DNA of 64,000 nucleotides from contig CAMTJU010000004.1 in the NCBI GenBank assembly GCA_947073045.1, positions 1,150 to 65,149 of the forward strand, given 5' to 3'. Source of the stretch: an uncultured Clostridia bacterium (lineage in GTDB: Bacteria > Bacillota > Clostridia > Lachnospirales > CAMVHY01). The translations under genes and the position numbers were made by a program. Positions 40,219 through 49,566 of the stretch are shown in pieces (the first letter of the stretch is position 1; every line of letters begins with the position of its first letter). The notes beneath the pieces were generated by a model. The model was not told the origin of the DNA and made no database searches. It worked only from the letters and a program-made list of their open reading frames with translations.

Positions 40219-40977
40219 TTAATAATTCACATATTCAACTTTTGTATGTTTCCAGTCAGTCCAAGCACCTCTTTCACGTAAATCAAAAGGACTTCCACAA
40301 AAATAAGTAAAGTGATATCGTGTTCCAACTGGAACTGCGTAAACTCTTGTTCTTGTATATGGCTGAACAGTTGCATTATACGTTTCTGTTATAGAAGTTG
40401 AACTTGAAACTGTTTTTCCAATTTTACCTTTTATAATCTCGGCATTAAGTTCGCCTGATGTTTCTAAACTTGTTGAAAAAGTATTAGTTACAGAGCGTGA
40501 CCAACCTGCAACAGTTCCCTGTGCATGATTATTTATATCTGTCAGTAAAACCCTGTCTCCTGTAACTTCTTCAGTCCACCACTCTAAAACTGGTGCGTCA
40601 TTTGACGCAGTTTCATTTTTATTTTCTATTGAAAAATCATCTGTAGGTTCAATAGAAATAGTCTTTTTCCATATCTTCACACCATTTTCATCTACAACTA
40701 ATTCACCTTTATCAAGGTCAACAATAGAATCAGAAGCAGCTATAATTTCTATAGAACCGTCTTCAGAAATTTTAACAGTTGAACCGGATTCAACAGTTTC
40801 TTTCCAGTTTTCAACTTGTTTTTCATCTAATTCATAGCTAATAGATGAATTAATAGTTATACTTCCACCATTAGGTTTGTCCAAACAAGTAATTTTTTCT
40901 GCAGCAAAAATATTTTTTCCAGAAATAAAAATAAATCCTGCCACTAAGTAAATTGATAATATATGTTTAGTCTTCAT
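40219..40977 (-). CDS. secreted hypothetical protein. The C-terminal half resembles aerolysin/ETX-MTX2-type beta-pore-forming folds (tentative).
   Basis: Signal peptide MKTKHILSIYLVAGFIFISGKNIFA/AE behind AAGGAGG. Ser/Thr-rich alternating stretch GWSRSVTNTFSTSLETSGELNAEIIKGKIGKTVSSSTSITETYNATV followed by VPVGTRYHFTYF. Confidence 0.6.
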   Translation of the reverse strand: MKTKHILSIYLVAGFIFISGKNIFAAEKITCLDKPNGGSITINSSISYELDEKQVENWKETVESGSTVKISEDGSIEIIAASDSIVDLDKGELVVDENGVKIWKKTISIEPTDDFSIENKNETASNDAPVLEWWTEEVTGDRVLLTDINNHAQGTVAGWSRSVTNTFSTSLETSGELNAEIIKGKIGKTVSSSTSITETYNATVQPYTRTRVYAVPVGTRYHFTYFCGSPFDLRERGAWTDWKHTKVEYVNY

Positions 40978-41045
40978 TTTGCCTCCTTTTTTCAATACAC
41001 ACAAAATTATTCTAACAAATAATTCATTCAAAAACCATTTAATTA

Positions 41046-41054
41046 TGCTATAAT
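41046..41054 (+). promoter_or_regulatory. extended -10 element (TGCTATAAT) upstream of nifJ
   Basis: TGnTATAAT about 50 nt upstream of the nifJ ATG. Confidence 0.45.
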
Positions 41055-41102
41055 TAAATCTGTTCCACTTTTAAATTATTTTTTGGAGGGAGATTTAAAA
41101 TT

Positions 41103-44100
41103 ATGTCTAATATCAAAAAAACAATGGATGGAAATACGGCTGCCGCTTATACTTCTTACGCATTTACGGAAGTTGCAGGAATTTATCCTATTACTCCATC
41201 TTCACCTATGGCAGAACATACTGATGAATGGGCTGCACAGGGTAAAAAAAATTTGTTCGGTCAAACAGTGCGCGTTGTTGAAATGCAATCTGAAGCAGGT
41301 GCTGCTGGAACTGTTCACGGCTCACTGGCCGCAGGTTCATTAACCACAACTTATACTGCATCTCAAGGTTTACTATTAATGATTCCTAATATGTATAAAA
41401 TTGCCGGAGAATTATTACCGGGAGTTTTGCACGTAACTGCAAGAACTTTGGCAACACACGCACTTTCAATTTTTGGCGATCATAGTGACGTTATGGCCTG
41501 CCGACAAACTGGTTTTGCTATGTTGTGTTCGGCAAATGTTCAAGAAGTTATGGATTTAACAGCTGTAGCACATTTGTCTGCAATTAAAGGCCGCGTTCCA
41601 TTTTTACACTTTTTTGATGGATTCCGTACTTCGCATGAAATCCAAAAGATTGATTGCTTAGATTATGAAGATTTAAGAAAGTTGGTTGATTGGGACGCAG
41701 TAGATAAATTTAAAAAAGATGCTCTTAACCCAAATCATCCAGTAACTCGCGGTACTGCTCAAAATTCAGACGTTTTCTTCCAAGCACGCGAAGCTTGTAA
41801 TCCATTTTATGATGCATTACCAGCTGTTGTAGAAAATTACATGAATGAGATAAATAAAATTACCGGTCGCGATTATAAATTGTTTAATTACTACGGTGCT
41901 CCCGATGCAGACAGAATTATTATTGCAATGGGTTCTAGTTGCGACGCAATTGAAGAAACAATTGATTATTTAAATGCAAATGGTGAGAAAGTTGGACTTG
42001 TTAAGGTTCATCTGTATCGTCCGTTTTCTATCGAACATTTTATTAATGCAATCCCACAAAGCGTTAAAAAAATAGCTGTGCTCGATCGCACAAAAGAACC
42101 TGGTTCATTGGGCGAACCTTTATACCAAGATGTTGTTACTGCATATTTTGAAAAAGATTCCCATCCATTAATAGTTGCAGGACGCTATGGATTAGCTTCA
42201 AAAGATTTTACGCCTGCACAAATTATAGCTATTTATGAGAATTTGAAATCCGACAATCCTAAAAATCATTTTACAGTCGGAATAAAAGATGATGTTACAA
42301 ATTTATCATTGGAAGTTGGTAATCCAATCGATGTTTCGCCGAAAGAAACTATAAGTTGTAAATTCTGGGGACTTGGTTCAGATGGAACTGTCGGCGCCAA
42401 CAAGAATTCAATAAAAATTATTGGCGATCACACAGATATGTACGTTCAAGCTTATTTTTCATATGACTCAAAAAAATCCGGCGGTGTTACGCAATCTCAT
42501 TTGCGTTTTGGAAAAGATCCAATCCGTTCAACTTATTTAGTAAACACTGCAGATTTTGTTGCATGCCACAATCCTTCTTATGTTCACAAATATGATATGG
42601 TATCAGACTTGAAAGATGGCGGAACATTTTTATTGAATTGCCAGTGGACAAATGAGGAATTGGAAAATCAATTGCCAGCTCATTTCAAAAATTACATTGC
42701 TAACCACAATATTAAATTCTATACGATTGACGGTATAAAAATTGCAAAAGAGATTGGATTGGGCAATCGAATCAATACAGTTTTGCAAGCAGCATTCTTT
42801 AAACTTGCTAATATCATTCCAGCTGACCAAGCAGCAGAATATATGAAAACTGCTATCAAAAATACTTATGGCAAAAAAGGTGAAAAGATTGTAAATATGA
42901 ACTATGCTGCAGTTGATGCAGGATTAGAAAATATAAATGAAATAAATATTCCGGAGCACTGGAAAAATGCAAGCGATAGCGACAATAATGAAACAAGTGA
43001 TAACGTTCCAGAATTTATTAAAAATGTAGCTAGGCCAATAAATGATTTAAAAGGCGATGAATTACCAGTTAGTGCATTTAAATCTTATGAAAATGGAACA
43101 CTTCCATGCGGTACTGCAGCTTATGAAAAACGTGGCATTGCTGTAGACGTTCCACAATGGATAAAAGAAAATTGTATTCAGTGTGGGCAATGTTCTTTGG
43201 TCTGTCCTCACGCAACTATTAGACCTTTCCTTGTTGATGAAAAAGATAATGCTCCTGCAAATTTTGAAACTAAAAAAGCAATTGGCAAAGGTTTAGAAAA
43301 TTACGGATTCAGAATACAAGTTGATATTTTGGATTGTACAGGTTGCGGAAATTGCGCAAAGGTTTGTCCTGCAAAAGAAAAAGCTTTAGTTATGAAGCCA
43401 ATTCAAACTCAAACTGAGCAAATTGAAAATTGGGACTATGCAACAAATAAATTATCACATAAAGAAACTCCAGCTCCTACAAATATTAAAAATAGTCAAT
43501 TTAAACAACCTTTGTTAGAATTTTCAGGAGCTTGTGCAGGTTGCGGTGAAACTCCTTACGCAAAATTATTGACACAACTCTTCGGCGATCGTATGTATGT
43601 TGCAAATGCAACAGGTTGCTCTTCAATTTGGGGTGGAAGTTATCCTGCTTCGCCTTATACTTGCAATTTTGAAGGCAAAGGCCCAGCTTGGTCAAATTCA
43701 TTGTTTGAAGACAATGCGGAATTTGGATTGGGAATGTATACTTCCGTAAAACAAACTCGCGAAGGATTAAAGGAAAAAGCACAGCAGTTACTAGAACTTG
43801 CACAAAAAGATGAAGTCAAATCAGCAATTCAAAATTGGCTTGATAATTTTGATAACGGTGAAGAATCCAAAATTGCCAGTGAAAATCTTGTAAATGCAAT
43901 TTCAAATTGCTGCAGTGAAAATGCTTGTAGCCCTGAAGCTCAAGCTATTGTCAAAGAAATACTTGATAAAAAAGATTGGCTCACTAAAAAATCTCAATGG
44001 ATACTTGGTGGAGATGGATGGGCTTATGACATTGGTTTTGGCGGTTTAGATCATGTTCTTGCATCCGGCGAAGATGTAAATATTTTGGTATTTGATACTG

Positions 44101-44636
44101 AAGTTTATTCAAATACGGGTGGTCAATCCAGTAAATCTACGCCTGCCGGAGCAGTTGCTAAATTTGCAGCATCAGGCAAAAAAACACGCAAAAAAGATTT
44201 AGGCATGATTGCTATGAGTTATGGATATGTTTACGTTGCACAGGTTGCAATGGGTGCAAATCAAAATCAGTTAATAAAAGCAATGCTTGAGGCTGAAAAA
44301 TATCACGGTCCTTCATTAATTATTGCATATGCTCCTTGCATAAATCATGGAATACGTGCGGGAATGAGCTGTACGCAAGAAGAAACTAAAAAAGCTGTTG
44401 AGACTGGATATTGGCAATTATATAGATATAATCCATTACTTGCCGAAGAAGGAAAGAATCCATTCATTCTTGATTCAAAAGAACCTACAAAACCTTTCCG
44501 CGATTTCATAGACAATGAAGTTCGCTATTCGTCATTAAAAGTTTCGTTCCCAGAGCATGCAGAAGAATTATTCAATAAAGCTGAAAGCGATGCAAAAGCT
44601 CGCTACAATACTTACAAAAAATTATCTGAAGAATAA
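41103..44636 (+). CDS. nifJ: pyruvate:ferredoxin (flavodoxin) oxidoreductase
   Basis: 1177 aa single-chain PFOR. Two ferredoxin-type clusters (CIQCGQCSLVCP, CTGCGNCAKVCP) and a TPP domain GGDGWAYDIG. Confidence 0.98.
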   Translation: MSNIKKTMDGNTAAAYTSYAFTEVAGIYPITPSSPMAEHTDEWAAQGKKNLFGQTVRVVEMQSEAGAAGTVHGSLAAGSLTTTYTASQGLLLMIPNMYKIAGELLPGVLHVTARTLATHALSIFGDHSDVMACRQTGFAMLCSANVQEVMDLTAVAHLSAIKGRVPFLHFFDGFRTSHEIQKIDCLDYEDLRKLVDWDAVDKFKKDALNPNHPVTRGTAQNSDVFFQAREACNPFYDALPAVVENYMNEINKITGRDYKLFNYYGAPDADRIIIAMGSSCDAIEETIDYLNANGEKVGLVKVHLYRPFSIEHFINAIPQSVKKIAVLDRTKEPGSLGEPLYQDVVTAYFEKDSHPLIVAGRYGLASKDFTPAQIIAIYENLKSDNPKNHFTVGIKDDVTNLSLEVGNPIDVSPKETISCKFWGLGSDGTVGANKNSIKIIGDHTDMYVQAYFSYDSKKSGGVTQSHLRFGKDPIRSTYLVNTADFVACHNPSYVHKYDMVSDLKDGGTFLLNCQWTNEELENQLPAHFKNYIANHNIKFYTIDGIKIAKEIGLGNRINTVLQAAFFKLANIIPADQAAEYMKTAIKNTYGKKGEKIVNMNYAAVDAGLENINEINIPEHWKNASDSDNNETSDNVPEFIKNVARPINDLKGDELPVSAFKSYENGTLPCGTAAYEKRGIAVDVPQWIKENCIQCGQCSLVCPHATIRPFLVDEKDNAPANFETKKAIGKGLENYGFRIQVDILDCTGCGNCAKVCPAKEKALVMKPIQTQTEQIENWDYATNKLSHKETPAPTNIKNSQFKQPLLEFSGACAGCGETPYAKLLTQLFGDRMYVANATGCSSIWGGSYPASPYTCNFEGKGPAWSNSLFEDNAEFGLGMYTSVKQTREGLKEKAQQLLELAQKDEVKSAIQNWLDNFDNGEESKIASENLVNAISNCCSENACSPEAQAIVKEILDKKDWLTKKSQWILGGDGWAYDIGFGGLDHVLASGEDVNILVFDTEVYSNTGGQSSKSTPAGAVAKFAASGKKTRKKDLGMIAMSYGYVYVAQVAMGANQNQLIKAMLEAEKYHGPSLIIAYAPCINHGIRAGMSCTQEETKKAVETGYWQLYRYNPLLAEEGKNPFILDSKEPTKPFRDFIDNEVRYSSLKVSFPEHAEELFNKAESDAKARYNTYKKLSEE

Positions 44637-44658
44637 ATAATAAAAAAGCAAAAAAATT

Positions 44659-44684
44659 AAAGCTGCCATCTGGCAGCTTTTTTA
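44659..44684 (+). terminator. rho-independent terminator after nifJ
   Basis: AAAGCTGCC-atct-GGCAGCTTT followed by a T run. Confidence 0.8.
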
Positions 44685-44718
44685 TGCTCTTTATTATTAG
44701 TTTTTTATCAAATATCTG

Positions 44719-45315
44719 CTACGACTGAGTTAAACCTTTTACAACCTCCTGAATAATGTTAAATGAAAATCCACGCTGATGTAACATATTTTTTAATTTG
44801 GTCAAAGATTTTTCATCAAAGACTTTACATTTTAACTGAGCAATTTTTTTTGCACTTTCGATTTCTTTTTCGTTATCTACATATTTTTCAATGGCAGATG
44901 AAATAATTTCATCATCAATTTTTTTTTGCTTCAAATCAAATATAATTTTGATTTTGCCATAGTGTCTGAGTGTCAAACAATCATAAATATAATTTTTGGC
45001 AAACAATTCGTCATCTGCATAATGATATTCAATAAGCAAATCAATAACTTTTTTAACAATGTCATCGGGATAGTCAATTAATTTATTTTTTATTTGAGCA
45101 ATAGATTTTGCACTTGAAGATAGATATTTCAAAGCAGTATCGCGTGCTTGATTAAAAACGATATTTTCCATAATAAAATCATATTGCGAATCAGAAATTT
45201 CGTCTTTAAGATTAAACTTTTTAAAATCTTTTTCAAGCATTACAAAACTACTTTCGTTACTCAAAAAAATTTTTATTTTGTTTTTATTCATTTTTTCTAT
45301 TTTAACAATTTGCAT
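44719..45315 (-). CDS. recX: RecX-like regulatory protein
   Basis: 198 aa of helical repeats. Pattern ..ALKYLS...S..QIKNKL......V..VI..L.E..Y.DDE.FA..Y resembles RecX three-helix repeats. AGGAGG RBS. Confidence 0.6.
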   Translation of the reverse strand: MQIVKIEKMNKNKIKIFLSNESSFVMLEKDFKKFNLKDEISDSQYDFIMENIVFNQARDTALKYLSSSAKSIAQIKNKLIDYPDDIVKKVIDLLIEYHYADDELFAKNYIYDCLTLRHYGKIKIIFDLKQKKIDDEIISSAIEKYVDNEKEIESAKKIAQLKCKVFDEKSLTKLKNMLHQRGFSFNIIQEVVKGLTQS

Positions 45316-45416
45316 TGATTATTCCTCCTAATTTGCCTTGGCTGTAAAATGTTAAATAAAAATTTATTATATCAAAAAAGAAGTTATACGTTTAATCATA
45401 AAAATCTCAAGCGTGA

Positions 45417-46183
45417 TGAACTGACCTCAAAAAGTTAGACAAATTTATATAAAAAAATTTATTAAGCCAGCAAAAGGGCTTGCAGTCTGTGAATAGCAGA
45501 AAGCAAGCCCTCAAGGCTTTGCCATAATATGTTGGTCATTGTAGTGGTTAAGATATTTTTCTATTACAGCATTGTATGGAGAGTTGTCTTTGCGGATCAT
45601 GCTTTGTCAAATACCTTTCTTATTGAGCATCCGTCTGTATTGTTTATGCTGGTATTGCCAGCTTTGGTCGAAATAAAGAATGAGGTTAGTATCATCTGAA
45701 ACTGTTGTAAATGTTTTATTTAGGTATGGATATTAACCATGCTCAATACATGACACTCTGAAATAGTATAGCTTACCAAGTTATTACTATGCAGATCAAA
45801 GATAGTTGACACATATAACTTTTCTCCGAACAGACTGAGCTCTGTTACATCGGTAACCCACTTTTGGTTTGGCTTTTCTGTTTTGAAATCTCGGTTCAGA
45901 AGATTTGGAGCAATTTTCTCCACCTCACTTTTGTAAGAATGGTATTTTTTCATCAACTCTCTGTGCTGGTTCGCTCACGCCGCTCTATTGCCAAACCTTC
46001 TACTCCTTGTGTCAAATACATTCACTTCCAATTCTGGATACTTACATGGTATCTAATACCTGTTTTATCACCATCTCTTTATATTCTGCCGTGTATCTCT
46101 TGTTTTATTTACCTTTTGACATAACTTAACACCCCATTTGTTTTTTAGTATACCATACTGTCTAACAAATGAGGTGCTGTTCA
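45417..46183 (-). mobile_element. IS3-family (IS150-like) relic, copy 3, internally deleted (~0.77 kb)
   Basis: Both termini are present (TGAACTGACCTCAAAAAGTTAGACA from 45417; ...TGTCTAACAAATGAGGTGCTGTTCA ending at 46183). Only scattered OrfB and OrfA fragments remain (45720-45956). Confidence 0.85.
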
Positions 46184-46186
46184 TAT

Positions 46187-46269
46187 CATCTAAGATTTTT
46201 ATTTTTGTTTCTTTTTATGAAGCAGCTCAAAATGAGATGCTTATGCTTAATTTTTCTTTTAAAAGAAAA
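46187..46269 (+). repeat. degenerate 3' half of hairpin A (CATCTAAGATTTTT) followed by a B-C' unit
   Basis: Near-identical to 36760-36845 (..GATTTTTATTTTTGTTTCTTTT.ATGAAGC.G...GCTTATGCTTA.TTTTTCTTTTAAAAGAAAAA). The matching 5' arm AAAAATCTCAAGCG lies at 45400-45413 on the other side of the IS relic. Confidence 0.8.
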
Positions 46270-46602
46270 AAATTAATTAAATAAATTATATCCATTTTGT
46301 TATATAAAAACAAGTGTTTAATAAAAGATAGAGAAAACAAATTTATAATACAAAATTATAAATTGTAAAACGTTATTTTAATGTGACATCAATTTAAGTA
46401 TTCTCACACAAAAATATTACATAATAGAAAAGTTTGTTATATAATATTTGCCTGCGAATAAAACAGCAGGTTTTATATAAAATACCAAAACGACTGCTTT
46501 GTAGACCAGCTAAAAGCATATCAATAATTTATTTTCTGTGCATTTTCAGCCTCCTATTTTTAATTTATATCAATAGTATTACAAAATTATTTTGGATAAA
46601 AC

Positions 46603-46630
46603 AAAAAAACTACCAAAAATGACTTGGTAG
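46603..46630 (-). terminator. rho-independent terminator of the Mbeg1-like gene
   Basis: Minus strand: CTACCAA-gtcattt-TTGGTAG followed by T7. Confidence 0.75.
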
Positions 46631-46648
46631 TATAAAAATATTAATTAA

Positions 46649-48268
46649 CTATTTATTTTTATGTTTATGCTTATGTTTGTGGTTATGCTTTTTAGATGTT
46701 TTTTCCAATGAATTTTTTGATTTTTGTTTAGTTTTTTTCAATGGTCTTTGTACATTATCATCAACTTGATTTGACTCTAGAGAAGATAATGGGTGGCAAT
46801 GTAAGTGCTGTTGTGATTGCAATGGTTGCTCTTGAGTAAACTTAGACGAAAACATTTGAAAATTTTTATCTGAATTTACTGTTGGTGATTTTCCAACCAT
46901 TTTCTTCATAATTGGTATCATTTCTTTTGTAAAAAGCATTTTAAGTGCAACAGGAATAATTGTTGCCATATCTTCAGATTTAGCCTTATTGATTTGTACT
47001 TGCTCATCAGAATTTAAAGCACCGTAATAAGTTGATCCATGTACATCTATATTAGTTTTGTTTATTGCACTATCTAGTGTAGACATAAAATATCCAAGAG
47101 CATTATCTTTACTTTCTTTAGGTAGATTATTAACTTTTTCAAAGAAATTTCCTGCAGCCTTATGAGCACTTCCGTATTTTTCTGTAGGTTTAGGCACTTC
47201 ACCTGTGAAAATAAGAAATCCATCTTTTGAACGTCTTGCGCCACAAAGTGTACGTATTGCATGAGCCCCAGTTACTGTATTATGTGTTTGCTGTGATATA
47301 TAAGCTTTTCCTAATGCATTACTTTCATTAATTGCACTAACATAATCATTTTTACAATTTACTCTTATAATACTATTGGCCAATGTTTGTTTTATAAAAA
47401 TTTCAGGCCGAGAAATAATTCCTGATTCATAAGCAGGTTGTAATTGTTCCTGAAAAAATTTTAAAGTTTCATTAGATAATGATGGAGCATCTTCAAATAT
47501 GCAATAGTTTTTATTTAATATGTCATTGACCGCACTCACTTTTTGATTAAAATTTTTATTTGGATCATTGTTAAATTCATTTATTTTTTGTGTGATATTG
47601 TAAAGATGACATACTAAAGCTTTATGACCGCCTTTTGAATGACCAGTTTCAATTACTGAAGCATCTGGATGTTTTGGAATACCATCATTTTCATCAAATC
47701 TTTTACGTATATCTAATGCTTGAATATTTTGCCCTGTGAGGGCATTTGTAGCTATATATTGATTATCTCCCCATTCTCCAGCAAAAGTTCCACGTTCAGC
47801 ATTTATAATACGATTGTTTGTTTCGTCAAAAAATCTGAATGTATTAACACCGGAGTTAAAATCTCTAACGAATTTTTCATTATCATTTTCATTATCGTTT
47901 TCGTTATTGTTATTATTATTGTTTTCATTTTCATTACGACGAAACATACCGCTGGTTGCTTTAAGTTTTATTTCACAGATATATGGATTTTTTAAAACAA
48001 ATGCCATTACGGCAGATAGATTAGTAATATCGTCAGCAAGCTGTGCTTCTGTTTTGGTAAATAATTCTGGTGTAAGATCAGTTCTTTCATCTTCTAAAGC
48101 TGATTTCCTATCTTCAAATTCATTGATTTTTATTTGGATTATTTCATTTACATTTTTGCCAATTAGGTAAGTATCATCAGAGCTAATTGCGTAAGCTAAT
48201 GTGTTCAAAGTTGTAGAAACTGTTATTCTTTCTAATTCTTCGGGTGAAAACTGAGTTTGATTTTGCAT
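46649..48268 (-). CDS. Mbeg1-like (DUF2974-type) alpha/beta-fold hydrolase with low-complexity inserts
   Basis: Nucleophile elbow ETGHSKGGHKA (GxSxG). N-terminal helical region. N/D/E tract NENENNNNNNNENDNENDNE. C-terminal KKHNHKHKHKHKNK tail. ATG at 48268 sits behind GAGGAGG. No signal peptide. Confidence 0.6.
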   Translation of the reverse strand: MQNQTQFSPEELERITVSTTLNTLAYAISSDDTYLIGKNVNEIIQIKINEFEDRKSALEDERTDLTPELFTKTEAQLADDITNLSAVMAFVLKNPYICEIKLKATSGMFRRNENENNNNNNNENDNENDNEKFVRDFNSGVNTFRFFDETNNRIINAERGTFAGEWGDNQYIATNALTGQNIQALDIRKRFDENDGIPKHPDASVIETGHSKGGHKALVCHLYNITQKINEFNNDPNKNFNQKVSAVNDILNKNYCIFEDAPSLSNETLKFFQEQLQPAYESGIISRPEIFIKQTLANSIIRVNCKNDYVSAINESNALGKAYISQQTHNTVTGAHAIRTLCGARRSKDGFLIFTGEVPKPTEKYGSAHKAAGNFFEKVNNLPKESKDNALGYFMSTLDSAINKTNIDVHGSTYYGALNSDEQVQINKAKSEDMATIIPVALKMLFTKEMIPIMKKMVGKSPTVNSDKNFQMFSSKFTQEQPLQSQQHLHCHPLSSLESNQVDDNVQRPLKKTKQKSKNSLEKTSKKHNHKHKHKHKNK

Positions 48269-48395
48269 ATTAATCAACCTCCTCTTAGCTAATGTCAAAA
48301 AAATAAAATATATTGCTCATTTTATCATAAAGAAATAAGTATGTCAAGTTGCATTGGAAATGCTTAAAGAAATAATCAATATTTGCTTGCATAAA

Positions 48396-48453
48396 TGAAG
48401 TGACCCCCTTTTATTAGATTTTTATTTTGTCTAACAAAAGGGGTTCACTTAAA
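48396..48453. repeat. MITE-like mini-element made of two IS-terminus-like arms back to back
   Basis: TGAAGTGACCCCCTTTTATTAGAT-ttttatt-TTGTCTAACAAAAGGGGTTCACTTAA. The arms resemble the IS left IR TGAAC(A/T)G(C/A)ACC(C/T)CATTTGTTAGACA. Confidence 0.65.
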
Positions 48454-48570
48454 ATAAAACTTTTTGTTTATTTAGGTTTATTTTCATAAAGTATCTATAA
48501 TACAAACGATTAGCCTACTTCTTCTTTCCAAAGAAAAAGTAATAGCTTGTTAATAATTATAAACTTCCAA

Positions 48571-49077
48571 TTAATTATTTTCGCCTTTTAATTCTTTGCG
48601 ATTGCGATACAAAACTTCAATTAAGTTTGAAAAATGATCATCGATACTGCGGGTTTGTTTTTCAAAAGAAAGCATTGCTTCTTTTAACATTGTCTCTGTT
48701 TTGGAAAGGATTTCGTCTGCATAACTCATTGCATTTAATCTGACATCACGAGCACTTTGCTTAGCTTCATCAAGTAATTCGTTAGCTTGTTCAATAGCTT
48801 TTTTATAAATCTCATGTTCATTAGCTGCTTTTTCGCATTGTCTATGTGCTTCATTTATCATAGAGATTGCTTTATCTTGGGCTTCTTTAATAATTTTATC
48901 ATGGTCAGAAATAATACGCTGAGCTTGACGAATTTCATTAGGCATATTTAATCTTATTTCACCAATTATATCAAGTAAATTTTCCTTGTCTACAGACACT
49001 TTACTAGAAAACGGCAAAGATTTAGCTGATTCAATTGTATCTTCAAGCATATCTAAATAATCAATTAACGATTCCAT
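48571..49077 (-). CDS. hypothetical coiled-coil protein downstream of coaD
   Basis: 168 aa, all-helical E/K/A-rich. ATG at 49077 sits behind AAAGGTGG, just downstream of the coaD stop. Confidence 0.5.
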   Translation of the reverse strand: MESLIDYLDMLEDTIESAKSLPFSSKVSVDKENLLDIIGEIRLNMPNEIRQAQRIISDHDKIIKEAQDKAISMINEAHRQCEKAANEHEIYKKAIEQANELLDEAKQSARDVRLNAMSYADEILSKTETMLKEAMLSFEKQTRSIDDHFSNLIEVLYRNRKELKGENN

Positions 49078-49078
49078 T

Positions 49079-49564
49079 TTACACCACCTTTGAGAATTTT
49101 TCAAGTACAAGATTTTTAATTTGGCTGGGAATCATGTTTGAGATATCGCCGCCAAATTGCGCAACTTCTTTCACCATACTCGAGCTTAAATACAAATGTT
49201 GAACACTTGTGGAAACGAATAAGGTTTCTATATCAGGAGCTAAATTGCGGTTTGCAAGCGCCATTTGAAATTCGTATTCAAAATCTGTAACTGCTCGCAA
49301 TCCCCTTATTATAATTTTTGCATCATTATTACGAGCAAAATTAACAAGTAAACCATCAAAAGGTTTGACTTCAACATTTGGCATATGAGCAGTTAAAATT
49401 TTAAGATGCTCAACTCTTTCATCCATTGTAAAAGTATGTACTTTAGACAAATTAATAAGTGGGGCCACAATTAATTTATTAACTATTTTTGAAGCCCGGC
49501 AAATAATATCCAAATGGCCGTTGGTAGTTGGATCAAAGCTACCCGGATATACTGCTGTCGTCAT
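49079..49564 (-). CDS. coaD: phosphopantetheine adenylyltransferase
   Basis: [17 protein letters not shown] (HxGH-type motif) and ISSSMVKE. Confidence 0.95.
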   Translation of the reverse strand: MTTAVYPGSFDPTTNGHLDIICRASKIVNKLIVAPLINLSKVHTFTMDERVEHLKILTAHMPNVEVKPFDGLLVNFARNNDAKIIIRGLRAVTDFEYEFQMALANRNLAPDIETLFVSTSVQHLYLSSSMVKEVAQFGGDISNMIPSQIKNLVLEKFSKVV

Positions 49565-49566
49565 TA

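Noticed and set aside
46530-46560. Tiny ORF MHRK behind an AGGAGG on the minus strand, upstream of IS relic 3 and recX
   Set aside because: Four codons only, with no recognisable attenuator structure tied to it. Probably a fortuitous SD-like sequence.
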